Both the position numbers and the translations under genes were made by a program. A DNA stretch of 64,000 bases from Candidatus Margulisiibacteriota bacterium (lineage in GTDB: Bacteria; Margulisbacteria; Marinamargulisbacteria; JBFWNS01), in NCBI GenBank assembly GCA_050250935.1, contig JBFWNS010000008.1, forward strand, positions 9,572 through 73,571. The letters are read 5' to 3'. Every line of letters begins with the position of its first letter. Position 1 is the stretch's first letter. This document shows positions 31,608-41,141 of this stretch, one piece after another. Below the pieces are notes generated by a model, which saw nothing but the letters and a program-made list of their open reading frames with translations, was not told the DNA's origin and made no database searches.

Positions 31608-32483
31608 ATGAGCCCATCCAAAATTTTGGGTGTACTGTTGCTGTGTTGCCTAATGCCAGTCCTACTCACTGGTTGTGGAGAGAATCTATTTAAAGGGTTG
31701 GTCAGTCAGCCTCGTCTGGCGGCTTCCGACTATAATGGCCAGGGCCGATATGCCGAAGCCATCTCTGCTGCAGACGAAATTCTGAATAGTGGTTCGACAA
31801 GCCCAGAGCAAAAAAGAGCCGCTGCCTTTGAAAAAGCAACTGCTATCCTAGGACAAAACAATCTCGACTTTTCAACCATCATGATCCAAGTTCAAGAAAA
31901 AGTTAATTCCCCTTCCGGCACCAATTTGGTGGAGTTAATCGGAAGCTTGCCAGGCAATATCACCGATTTGGCGACTGCAGCCGATTTGTTCAATTTGTCG
32001 GTTTCAAGTACATCCTATTTAAGTGTTGGTGCTCCTCAGCCATTAACGCAGTCGTCGACGAACACAGAAGCCGAATTGCGACGTGGTGTGGCCAACGCAA
32101 CCGTGGCTGTAAAAATGGTAACCCTCTATCTGGATGTTTTTTCAGCAGGCACTGTGTCGTTGAATGCCACGGCTGTTGCAGACAGTGTTGATGAAGAAGA
32201 CACCTTATTGTATTTGACACAATCCACCAAAAACGTGGCGTATTATGCCGACAACGCCATCAGCGCTTTCACCCAGGCCGGGTCTTTGGACTCAAGCCAG
32301 TTGGATAACATCACCAAGCTTCAAACCAGCATGACCAATTTGGCAGCCTTGGCCCAAGCGGTGACGGGGAATACAACCTACACTTCTCCTGCGTCTCAAA
32401 GCTATTCTTTTGCAACGTCGAACCAAACCGTTCGAAATTCACGCATCAACAGCGCCATGGGCGACATTTTTGGGACCAACTAG
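31608..32483 (+). CDS. lipoprotein with TPR-like N-terminal helices
   Basis: AAGGAG RBS, lipobox LTGC, GRYAEAI. Confidence 0.75.
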   Translation: MSPSKILGVLLLCCLMPVLLTGCGENLFKGLVSQPRLAASDYNGQGRYAEAISAADEILNSGSTSPEQKRAAAFEKATAILGQNNLDFSTIMIQVQEKVNSPSGTNLVELIGSLPGNITDLATAADLFNLSVSSTSYLSVGAPQPLTQSSTNTEAELRRGVANATVAVKMVTLYLDVFSAGTVSLNATAVADSVDEEDTLLYLTQSTKNVAYYADNAISAFTQAGSLDSSQLDNITKLQTSMTNLAALAQAVTGNTTYTSPASQSYSFATSNQTVRNSRINSAMGDIFGTN

Positions 32484-32493
32484 GAGACACCAC

Positions 32494-33654
32494 ATGAAGT
32501 ACAAATACAGTTTAGCCCTTGTGACCGGTGTGATGTGTGTAACAACGTCTTTGATGGCCGCCGATTTGGCTGTGTTTAGCGCCAGAAAAGAAGCCATGGG
32601 TGGGGTAGGGGTTGCCGTATCCAACGATGAATCGGCTTTGTATCAAAATCCCGCTGCTTTGGCCAAAGTCAAAGGGTTTAAGGTTAAGTTGCCCAAAGTG
32701 TTGGGAGCTTTTAACACCACCTTTACTGACAAGAATTCTCAATTGCAAGACTTTTTAAATGCAAAATCCGATGCCGGTGCCCAGCTGACCAACCTTAAAG
32801 CGTTGGTGCCCAACACCTTTGCCTCGCGCGTGGCTTTGAATCCTGGGCTTTCCGTAACGATGCCTGGGTTTGGGGTTGGGTTATTTGGGGGCTTGGATGT
32901 TTTGGCAAAGCTGAGTAACCCTGTTTTTCCAGAGCTACACGTCGAAGGCCACACGGATATTTTTCCAAGTGTGGGTTTTGCTGGGGATTACGAGTTTTTC
33001 GATATGCCCATGTCTTTGGGGATTAGTGCGAAATATGTGATTCGCCAAACCATGTACAACAAAGCCTCTGGAGCAGATACCTTTATTGTTCAGAGCAACG
33101 ATTTGATGAAGTTGGTGAACAATGCCTCCGACAAACCCGAAATCAGCACCTATACCACCCAAGGGATTGGCATCGACTTGGGGATGTTAACCCCCATGGA
33201 CAACCTGTTGGGAAAAGGTCAGTGGGGCGTATCGCTTCGCAACGTGTTGGGAACCTTGGGTGGAAGCAAAGACATTACAGGCGCTGGCAGCCAATCGGTT
33301 ACCCAAACCTTGCCTGTGGTTGGGGCTGTTGGATTTGCGGCCGAAACCCGTCTTCCAAGTTGGGTGCCCCTCGTCAGCGATGTGATTGGCGACTTTACCT
33401 GGGCTGCCGATTACCAACTGATTTCTCCGGACACCAGCTTTTTCAAAAAAACCCATGTTGGGGTTGAAAAATCGGTTTTGTTCGACATTGTCAAATTACG
33501 CAGTGGTCTTAACCAAGGTTATATCACAGCGGGTTTGGGTGTGGATGTTTGGTTGGTTAAATTCAACTATGCGTACTTTGCAGAAGAATTGGGCCCAGAA
33601 ATTGGAATGGAGCCTTTAAAAACCCACGTGTTTGATTTGACGTTCTTCTTTTAG
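32494..33654 (+). CDS. outer-membrane beta-barrel protein (FadL/TraF-like)
   Basis: Signal peptide, AMGG...ALYQNPAAL, GIDLG, C-terminal Phe. Confidence 0.75.
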   Translation: MKYKYSLALVTGVMCVTTSLMAADLAVFSARKEAMGGVGVAVSNDESALYQNPAALAKVKGFKVKLPKVLGAFNTTFTDKNSQLQDFLNAKSDAGAQLTNLKALVPNTFASRVALNPGLSVTMPGFGVGLFGGLDVLAKLSNPVFPELHVEGHTDIFPSVGFAGDYEFFDMPMSLGISAKYVIRQTMYNKASGADTFIVQSNDLMKLVNNASDKPEISTYTTQGIGIDLGMLTPMDNLLGKGQWGVSLRNVLGTLGGSKDITGAGSQSVTQTLPVVGAVGFAAETRLPSWVPLVSDVIGDFTWAADYQLISPDTSFFKKTHVGVEKSVLFDIVKLRSGLNQGYITAGLGVDVWLVKFNYAYFAEELGPEIGMEPLKTHVFDLTFFF

Positions 33655-34283
33655 TGAACGTTGCTTTAGTAGGGCATCCCCTTCCATCTGAAGAGGATGC
33701 CCTGCACCGTCTTAAACCCTTGTTGCCGGTGTCTCGGTTGGCCCATTGCCAGAGAGTCGCGGATATGGCCGAACGCATTGCCCGAGCCCAAGGTGCGGAC
33801 CTACCAAAAGCCAGAATGGCAGGGTTGGTGCACGATGCTGCAAAAGCCTTGAGTCCTGACGAGGCCCAACGTCTTGGTATTGCGATTCCTGACGCTGTGA
33901 ATGCCCTTTACGAAGACTATCCGGCCACCTGGCATGCCTTTGCGGCCCCAGCTGTTTTGAGCTCTCAATTCGAGATTACAGACCCAGACATTTTGTCGGC
34001 CTGCGAATGGCATACCACAGGAAAAGCCGACATGAGCCTTTTGGAAAAAGTGGTTTATGTGGCGGATTATTGCGAGGTTGGGCGGTCTTTTCCCCAAAGA
34101 GGTGCCATCGAAACCCTGGCCTTAACCCAGTTGGATCAGGCGGTGTTTGCCGTGTCCTGGTGTGTCCTAAAAGAATTGGCGAATCGGGTGGTTCGCATCC
34201 ATCCTTCTTCCTTGGCTTGTTATAATTTTTATCTGGCATTATCGGGTAATGATGGTAAAATGATCGCTCAAAACCTGCCATGA
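33654..34283 (+). CDS. yqeK: HD-domain Ap4A hydrolase YqeK-like
   Basis: RLAHC, VHDAAK, WHTTG, YVADYCE. Confidence 0.88.
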   Translation: MNVALVGHPLPSEEDALHRLKPLLPVSRLAHCQRVADMAERIARAQGADLPKARMAGLVHDAAKALSPDEAQRLGIAIPDAVNALYEDYPATWHAFAAPAVLSSQFEITDPDILSACEWHTTGKADMSLLEKVVYVADYCEVGRSFPQRGAIETLALTQLDQAVFAVSWCVLKELANRVVRIHPSSLACYNFYLALSGNDGKMIAQNLP

Positions 34284-35698
34284 ACCCTTTAAACGAACAG
34301 CCGCTAGTCAAAAAATTTAAAGAAGCCATTCACCCAAGCCTGATCAAACAAACCGTTATTAAAACCTGCGTTGTTTTTTTGACCTTGATCCTGTTGAGTG
34401 TTTCGACCATCTATTGTTTCGGATTACTCTTCGGCAAGGCTGCGGTTGTTGAATTTATTTTGGCGGTAATGCCGAAAGAACGCCTCAATGGAGTCAATAT
34501 TTTGGCCATGGGTATCGACGATACCGATGTGGTTCAGCGATCCGATACCATCATTGTCATGCACATCGATGACATCAAAAAAAGAATTGGCGTTTTGTCG
34601 ATTCCAAGAGACACCCGAACCAATGTGCCCGGTGTTGGGCTCACCAAAATTAACCACGCCTATGCCTATGGCGGCGAAGAGTTGCTTCGAAAAACCGTGG
34701 CTTCCCTGTTAAACGTCCGCATCGACTATTACATTCAACTTCGAACCAAGGGCGTCGAGCAGTTGGTGGATGCCTTGGGCGGTATCGATGTGAATGTGAA
34801 TAAAAATCTGTATTACATCGACAAATCCGGGGGCTTGTATGTCGACCTCAAAAAAGGTCAGCAAGATTTAAATGGCAAACAAGCTGTGGAATATTTACGA
34901 TTCCGCCACGACGAAGAAGGGGATTTGGGGCGCATTCACCGTCAGCAAGGGTTTTTGCAGTCTCTTGCCGAAAAAATGATCGATTCAAAAAACGTGGCGA
35001 ATTTGCCGTCTGTCATTGGCAAAATGAACGACAACATCAGTACGGATTTGAATGCCAGAAAAATTTTGGGGTTGGCCACTCAGTTTAAAGAGGCCTATGC
35101 ATCGGGCAATATCGATGTCCAAACCATCCCCGGTGAACCCATTCTCATTAAAGGGGTCAGCTATTGGCAACCCGATATTACCCAAACGGATAAGCTGGTT
35201 CAGAATGTGTTGATGGGTTTTGATACCGAGAAAAACGAGGTTGTGGCCAAAGTTCAAACCGTCGACAAAGAAGCGAGCAAAGATGCCCGCCGCAAAGTCA
35301 CCCTTAAAGAGGTGTCGCGGGTGGCCAACCAATTTAACATGGAAGACCTCAATACCCTGCCCCTAACCACCGCAGGAAAGCCCATGACAGTAGAGGTCTT
35401 AAATGGTCTTGGTCGGTCCGGAGAAGCCCGTATGGCCGCCAATTTATTAAGGTCTTCGCATATTGTGATCAGTCGATACGCCAATTCCAAAAAATATGGC
35501 TATAAACGCACCCTGATTGTCGATTGGAAAGGCAATGTGGACAGCAGCATCGCCTTGGCCCAATATTTGGGGATAGAGCCTTCGAGAATCATTGTGTATC
35601 ACCGGTCTGATAAACCCCTGGATGTGACCGTGGTCTTGGGCAACGATTGGCCCGAAATTAAACAAGAACTGGAAAAACGCAGCCGTGAGCAACGCTAA
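34280..35698 (+). CDS. LCP family protein with LytR_C domain
   Basis: RSDT, SIPRDT, KINHAY, YLRFRH, RIHRQQ, VEVLNG. Confidence 0.92.
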   Translation: MNPLNEQPLVKKFKEAIHPSLIKQTVIKTCVVFLTLILLSVSTIYCFGLLFGKAAVVEFILAVMPKERLNGVNILAMGIDDTDVVQRSDTIIVMHIDDIKKRIGVLSIPRDTRTNVPGVGLTKINHAYAYGGEELLRKTVASLLNVRIDYYIQLRTKGVEQLVDALGGIDVNVNKNLYYIDKSGGLYVDLKKGQQDLNGKQAVEYLRFRHDEEGDLGRIHRQQGFLQSLAEKMIDSKNVANLPSVIGKMNDNISTDLNARKILGLATQFKEAYASGNIDVQTIPGEPILIKGVSYWQPDITQTDKLVQNVLMGFDTEKNEVVAKVQTVDKEASKDARRKVTLKEVSRVANQFNMEDLNTLPLTTAGKPMTVEVLNGLGRSGEARMAANLLRSSHIVISRYANSKKYGYKRTLIVDWKGNVDSSIALAQYLGIEPSRIIVYHRSDKPLDVTVVLGNDWPEIKQELEKRSREQR

Positions 35699-36029
35699 AC
35701 AAACCCTGGCCTCGGCCATTCTGACCCTTTGTGAAGATAAAAAGGGGGAACGCATTACCCTGTTCGATGTCTCTAAAACCTCGACCATGACGGATGCCCT
35801 GATTCTGACCGGCGTTAGCAACGACGTTTTGGGACGGGCTTTGCAAGAAGCCGTGTTGAAATTTTTAAAAGACAAGGGCGAGCTGGTTCGTGTGTCGGGT
35901 TCTCCAGAAAGCGGATGGTTGGTGGTGGATGCTGGCGAAGTCGTTTTACACCTTGTAAGAAATGACATTCGCGATTATTATCAACTGGACCAATTGTTCT
36001 CGGCCAAAGCGGTGGTCTATCACCACTAG
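35685..36029 (+). CDS. rsfS: ribosome silencing factor
   Basis: DKKG, WLVVDAGEVVLHL, RDYYQL. Confidence 0.9.
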   Translation: MSNAKQTLASAILTLCEDKKGERITLFDVSKTSTMTDALILTGVSNDVLGRALQEAVLKFLKDKGELVRVSGSPESGWLVVDAGEVVLHLVRNDIRDYYQLDQLFSAKAVVYHH

Positions 36030-36043
36030 CCGATTTCGAACAT

Positions 36044-36119
<76 letters not shown>

Positions 36120-36167
36120 AATTTTAGTGCATTTACAAACCAGAATTCCTAATGCTAGCCTCCTACT

Positions 36168-36548
36168 ATGATTTTCCAGCGCCAATGCGAGAACGTGATC
36201 TATGAGCTTTTGAATGACGATATTGTGGTCGTCAGCCTGGTTTCTGGGAATTATTACAACATCAATCAATTTCCAGAAGCGCTTTGGCAAGCCTTGGAAT
36301 CGCCGGTTTTGTTTGGCGATGTGGTTTCCTGTTTTCCCAATAGCGAAGCAGCCATTACAACAACCTTGAATCTCTTGATTGAAGAGGGGCTTTTGTTAAA
36401 AACCGAAGCTGCCCCAACAGCTTTGCCAGGCACGGTTTACCCCGAGCTGACGCCACAAGTTGAAAAGTTTTCGGACATTCAAAACCTGTTGCTGGTGGAT
36501 CCCATCCATGAAATAGACGAAACCGGATGGCCAGCGATAGCCAACTAG
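36168..36548 (+). CDS. PqqD/RRE family protein with peptide-like C-terminal tail
   Basis: VVVSLVSGNYYNIN...LWQAL...LIEEGLL RRE pattern, then PQVEKFSDIQNLLLVDPIHEIDETGWP. Confidence 0.8.
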   Translation: MIFQRQCENVIYELLNDDIVVVSLVSGNYYNINQFPEALWQALESPVLFGDVVSCFPNSEAAITTTLNLLIEEGLLLKTEAAPTALPGTVYPELTPQVEKFSDIQNLLLVDPIHEIDETGWPAIAN

Positions 36549-37558
36549 CTCAGTTTTTTCAGAGCTGCCGCGAACAATTTTCAGCCAATACGCTGATCCA
36601 TGTCCCAACCCGCATTGCCAAAACGGCTGTTCAACTGATCTATACACACCCGCTGTTACACGAAAAACTTCACCTGGCTTTAAGTCATTTGGGAACTACA
36701 AAACAGATCTGTGCGTGGCAGTTGTATTGTTGTGACAATGTCGTAAGCGACTTTAAAATTCCGCCACCGCCTTTCGAGATGAATCAGTTAAACGGCAATG
36801 GATTGTTGCTAAATCACCAGTCTTCGCGGTTTAAATTTCACTTTGATGTGCCCACACAAGCCTTAAGTCTGGTGGATTTAGAGCAAAAAAAAGCCCTGTA
36901 TTGGGTCAAAGATGCCAGGGCCATTAAGTGGTGGCAGACGGGGTCTCCGTTTCAGGTGATTTTGAATGTTATTTTGCAACAAGAGCAGGCCCAACTAACC
37001 CATGCCGCCGCCGTGGCCACTGATGCCGGTGCGGTGCTACTGATCGGTAAAGGTGGGTCTGGTAAATCAACAACCACCCTAAATTGTATTCACAACGGGT
37101 TTGGCTTTGTGGGCGAGGATTATGTAGTGCTGACCCATGCCCCGCCCTATACCGTCTATTCCATTTACCAATCCTTCAAGCTAACCCCACAGACTTTGGC
37201 CCTGTTTCCCCATTTGGCGGCTTTCAGAGCCAATAGCCCAGCCTCGGATGAAAAAGGGTTGTATTTTATGTCCGACATTATGCGGGGTAATACCTGTCTA
37301 GCTGCGCCTTTAAAAGCCATTGTGCAATGCAAAGTAGAAGGCGAGTTGAATCAATTAAACCCAGCAACAGCTTCGGACATTTTGCCAGCCTTAAGTGTAG
37401 CGACCATGAAACAACTGATTTATACAGGCAAACCCACCATCGATTTTTTGGCTACTGTCGCAAAAGCCGCTCCTTGTTTTAAACTTTCATTGGCCTTGCC
37501 CCTGGCCGAGATTCCGACGTTAATCGAAAGCTGCCTATATACCCATGCCGAACCCTAA
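36527..37558 (+). CDS. HPr-kinase-like P-loop serine kinase
   Basis: HAAAV...GKGGSGKSTT...GEDY. Confidence 0.82.
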   Translation: MASDSQLAQFFQSCREQFSANTLIHVPTRIAKTAVQLIYTHPLLHEKLHLALSHLGTTKQICAWQLYCCDNVVSDFKIPPPPFEMNQLNGNGLLLNHQSSRFKFHFDVPTQALSLVDLEQKKALYWVKDARAIKWWQTGSPFQVILNVILQQEQAQLTHAAAVATDAGAVLLIGKGGSGKSTTTLNCIHNGFGFVGEDYVVLTHAPPYTVYSIYQSFKLTPQTLALFPHLAAFRANSPASDEKGLYFMSDIMRGNTCLAAPLKAIVQCKVEGELNQLNPATASDILPALSVATMKQLIYTGKPTIDFLATVAKAAPCFKLSLALPLAEIPTLIESCLYTHAEP

Positions 37559-38669
37559 ACCGTTAAAGAAAATTTTGTTTTGGAGCGATGGGTTCCATCC
37601 CCGCATCGGCGGTATTGAAACCCTAAGCTTTGACTATGCCCAAGCGTTGATCGCTCGGGGGTGCCAGGTGGCCATCATTACGGGGAAAGACAAGTCAGAT
37701 TGGCCGGATGAAGAGGTCTACCAAGGGATTCAGATTTACCGCCTGCCGTTTACGGCATTAATTGATGGTCGCCAGCTGGGCAGCTTGAAAGTGATTAAAG
37801 ACAAAGTGGCTCAAGTATTAGCCGAATTCAACCCAGATGTGATTCATTTGCAAGATGTCTTTACCCGAGCAGGGATTGTCTTTCAAATGATTCGGCCGAT
37901 GGTGCCTCAGCCCAAGGTGTTAACCTTTCATGGCGCGGCCAAGTGGGTCCCGCCAACCCCCAATAGCTTATTGGAACGGACTTTAAACGGGGTGTCCCAT
38001 GTGGTTTATATTTCGAATTTCGTAAAAGGCATTATTCAAGACACCATTGCAGGGTTTAAGATTCCCTACACCGTGCTTTTAAATGCGGTTCGTTTTCCAA
38101 AAGACTTTCCAAAAGTGGAACAAAAAAACGGATTTCAAGTCCGGTTTATTGGCCGGTATAACGAAGAAAAGGGTTTGCCCATTGCCCTAAAATCGTTTGA
38201 ATTATTTGCAGAAAAACACCCCGAGGCAACCCTAACCTTTATTGGCGAGGGTCTCCTTAAAAAAAGCCTTCAAATGGCCATTGCCAACAGCCCGGTCCGA
38301 TCGCAAATCCAAGACCTCGGCAAAATGACCCATGACGAGATATTGCCCTATTATGCCACGGCCGATTGTGTTGTGATGCCCTCGCAATCCGAGTGGTTTG
38401 GGTTGGTGGCCCTCCATGCGGCCCATGCCGGGGTTCCGGTATTGGCCAATAACGAAGGCGGTCTTTGCGAGATTGTTGTCCACCAGAAAACGGGGTACCT
38501 GCTGCCGACAAACGATTACCAAGCGTTTGCAAATGCGATGGCAGATTTGTATGCCAACCCCAAAACGCGCAAAGCCATGGGGGAGGCCGCAAAAGCCCAT
38601 GTTCAAGGTCACTTTGATTTAGAAAGGACAGTCGATAGACTGCTAAAAATTTATGACTCAGTCTGTTAA
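37545..38669 (+). CDS. GT4 glycosyltransferase
   Basis: PRIGGIET, FIGRYNEEKG, EWFGLVALHA. Confidence 0.9.
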   Translation: MPNPKPLKKILFWSDGFHPRIGGIETLSFDYAQALIARGCQVAIITGKDKSDWPDEEVYQGIQIYRLPFTALIDGRQLGSLKVIKDKVAQVLAEFNPDVIHLQDVFTRAGIVFQMIRPMVPQPKVLTFHGAAKWVPPTPNSLLERTLNGVSHVVYISNFVKGIIQDTIAGFKIPYTVLLNAVRFPKDFPKVEQKNGFQVRFIGRYNEEKGLPIALKSFELFAEKHPEATLTFIGEGLLKKSLQMAIANSPVRSQIQDLGKMTHDEILPYYATADCVVMPSQSEWFGLVALHAAHAGVPVLANNEGGLCEIVVHQKTGYLLPTNDYQAFANAMADLYANPKTRKAMGEAAKAHVQGHFDLERTVDRLLKIYDSVC

Positions 38670-39369
38670 GAACCAAGTTCCTGTGGCTGTGATTATGCCG
38701 GTTTATAATGGGGAAACTTACATTGAAGAAGCCCTAAATTCGATTCTGAATCAAACCGTTTATCCGGCTGAAATTTGGGTTGTGGACGATGGTTCTACAG
38801 ATGCCGGCATTGCCAAGGCTCGAACCTTTGCTAAAAAATTACCTATCCCGCTAACCGTCTTAACCCACGAAACCAATCAGGGGCTTCCCGCGGCGCTCAA
38901 TACTGGCATCCGCGCAAGCAGTGCTTCTTTATATATGTTCTTGGACGCGGACGATCTGTTCGAGTCCGAGGCGGTTCAGCGCCTTTATGAGGGCTTCATC
39001 CAAAACCAGGCTCCTGTTGTGATGGGTGTCGTTCGGCAATTTGTGTGTTCATTAACACAGAAAAAATTCAACCTAACCCATAACCATGTGGTGGGTGGGG
39101 GCTTGGGGTGTATGCTGATTACCAAACAAGCCTTTGAGCAGGTTGGTTTTTTTGAAGAAGATTTAAAATTTGGGGCTAGTTTGGCCTGGATTTCAAAGGC
39201 AAAAAAGCAAGGTCTAAATATACAAGAGACGCCTAGCCTCATTTTAAACCGACGCCTCCACGATCATAATATGAGTCATTTAAAAGAGGGCAGGGCCTAT
39301 TTTCTAGAAATTGCCAAACGCAATATTGCCAGACACCAGGAGGCTAAAAAACAAGGTGCTAATCCATGA
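38653..39369 (+). CDS. GT2 glycosyltransferase
   Basis: IMPVYNG, VVDDGSTD, FLDADD. Confidence 0.9.
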   Translation: MTQSVKNQVPVAVIMPVYNGETYIEEALNSILNQTVYPAEIWVVDDGSTDAGIAKARTFAKKLPIPLTVLTHETNQGLPAALNTGIRASSASLYMFLDADDLFESEAVQRLYEGFIQNQAPVVMGVVRQFVCSLTQKKFNLTHNHVVGGGLGCMLITKQAFEQVGFFEEDLKFGASLAWISKAKKQGLNIQETPSLILNRRLHDHNMSHLKEGRAYFLEIAKRNIARHQEAKKQGANP

Positions 39370-39387
39370 CACAACAGCAGGTGGTCT

Positions 39388-40407
39388 ATGTGGCCAAATA
39401 AACACCAAATCGAGCTATTAAAAGCAGGGCTCTTTCCCCCTGAAGTTGCGGTTGGTCATTGGCAAAACTGGGAAGCGGTCTACCAAAATCGCTATGAAAC
39501 CATCGATCATGCCAGCGCAGGGTTAATCCCATTGGCGTTACGCAATACCGAAAAACAATTGCCCCAAACCCCGTTTGTAAAACGGTGTAAGGGGGTTTAT
39601 CGACAAACCTGGACCCATAACCAATTGTTGTGGTTGGGCATTCAGCCGGTGATTGCTTTTTTGGAGAAAAGTAACATCCCCTATGCCTTCCTGAAGGGCA
39701 TGTACATGATTCGGGAAGAATACCAAGACTTTGGGTGCCGCAGGCTTGGTGATGTGGATATTTTGATTTCAAAAGCTCATTTCGATTTTACGGTTTTGCA
39801 ACTCAAACGCCTGGGTTTTGAATCGGAAGATTCCCACAAGGTCATGCAAGGATCCCGCCATGCGGCTTTATTAAAAAACAAGGCCAATCTAAACCTGGAC
39901 CTTCATGTCAGGCTCTTTAATCAACTGCCAATCGAGGTGGGTCCTGGTGCCCTAACCCCAGAAATGCGTTTGTTTCATACCATTGTCCATGGCCTTAAGC
40001 CAAGCCGGGTTTCGGGGATACGTTGGATTGCCGATGCGGTAACCCTAATCAGCCATCACCCCATCGATTGGGACGCGTTGTGTCATACCGCCATTCAGGC
40101 CAAAGCGGCCTATCAACTGTACAAAGGCCTTGCTTTTTTAAAAACAGATTTTTTTGCGCCTGTTCCTCAAACCACCTTAGCCCAATTGCTGGCGGCCACC
40201 CACCGTTTGGAAAAAGTGGAATACCTGTTGTGGGTACTGTTTCAACCCTTGGGCACAGGCGTTGTGGCGGGTTGGATTCGGGATCGGTTGAATGATCCAG
40301 AGGCCAAGCGGTCGTTTAGGCAATATATGCATCAGGTTCGGGGGATCCGTATTCGACAAGTGATTAGGGGACGTAGCCAAGGGGACAGAGGAAAAGTTGT
40401 TAAATAA
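39388..40407 (+). CDS. nucleotidyltransferase family protein (NTP_transf_5-like)
   Basis: FLKG, R.LGDVDILI, LDLH, RWIAD. Confidence 0.85.
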   Translation: MWPNKHQIELLKAGLFPPEVAVGHWQNWEAVYQNRYETIDHASAGLIPLALRNTEKQLPQTPFVKRCKGVYRQTWTHNQLLWLGIQPVIAFLEKSNIPYAFLKGMYMIREEYQDFGCRRLGDVDILISKAHFDFTVLQLKRLGFESEDSHKVMQGSRHAALLKNKANLNLDLHVRLFNQLPIEVGPGALTPEMRLFHTIVHGLKPSRVSGIRWIADAVTLISHHPIDWDALCHTAIQAKAAYQLYKGLAFLKTDFFAPVPQTTLAQLLAATHRLEKVEYLLWVLFQPLGTGVVAGWIRDRLNDPEAKRSFRQYMHQVRGIRIRQVIRGRSQGDRGKVVK

Positions 40408-41116
40408 TAAAATAACTATTTATTTTATTTTCTTACTAACGTAATATTGAAAAATGCCTAGGAGCGCAAGACTTGCAATAGCGGGAGGATGGTACCATGT
40501 AATGAATCGTGGAATTGCCAGGCGCCATCTTTTTTTATCCAGAAAACACAAGCAGCTCTTTCTGGAATTACTGGGCATTATTGTTGAAAAATTTCAGGTT
40601 GAAGTTCATGCATTTTGCCTGATGGGCACCCACTATCACCTCCTTATTTACACAAAAAATAATACAATCAGCAAAGCTATCCAATACCTCAATTCAAATT
40701 TTGCCCGTGCGGTGAACAAAGACAGAAAAAGAGACGGGTTTGTATTCAAAGGTCGATTTAAATCGATACTGATTAATAACGAAAAATACCGCCTCAACGT
40801 CTGCCGATATATCCATTTAAATCCCGTGGAAGCCGGACTGGTTAAAAACGGATACGACTTTGAATGGTCGAGTTGTCAAGATTATTTGACGCCAATCCCC
40901 CGATTCTCTTGGCTAAGTCGTTACTTATGGCAAGAAAACCCATCGGACTTCCAAATTTATTTAAACAAGGGAATTCCAAAAAAAATTCTCGAAATTTACG
41001 CTCAAAACAAACTTCCTAACCAACTCGGCTAAACTCGAATAGCTAAGTCCAAAAATTCAGGCTCAAAATACAAAACTTGTCCCTCATTTTCCTCTGTCCC
41101 CTTGGCTACGTCCCCT
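40366..41116. mobile_element. RAYT/Y1 transposase cassette bounded by perfect 30-bp inverted repeats
   Basis: AGGGGACGTAGCCAAGGGGACAGAGGAAAA at 40366-40395 and its exact reverse complement at 41087-41116. Confidence 0.85.
40454..41032 (+). CDS. REP-associated tyrosine transposase (HUH Y1 family)
   Basis: YHVMNRG, FCLMGTHYHLL, FKGRFKS, RYIHLNPVEAG, WSS. Confidence 0.92.
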   Translation: MPRSARLAIAGGWYHVMNRGIARRHLFLSRKHKQLFLELLGIIVEKFQVEVHAFCLMGTHYHLLIYTKNNTISKAIQYLNSNFARAVNKDRKRDGFVFKGRFKSILINNEKYRLNVCRYIHLNPVEAGLVKNGYDFEWSSCQDYLTPIPRFSWLSRYLWQENPSDFQIYLNKGIPKKILEIYAQNKLPNQLG

Positions 41117-41141
41117 TGTTCACCTTGTTCAATAATTGGGT

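Noticed and set aside
36168..40407. Complete lasso peptide cluster
   Set aside because: No asparagine-synthetase-like cyclase, B2 peptidase or separate precursor found
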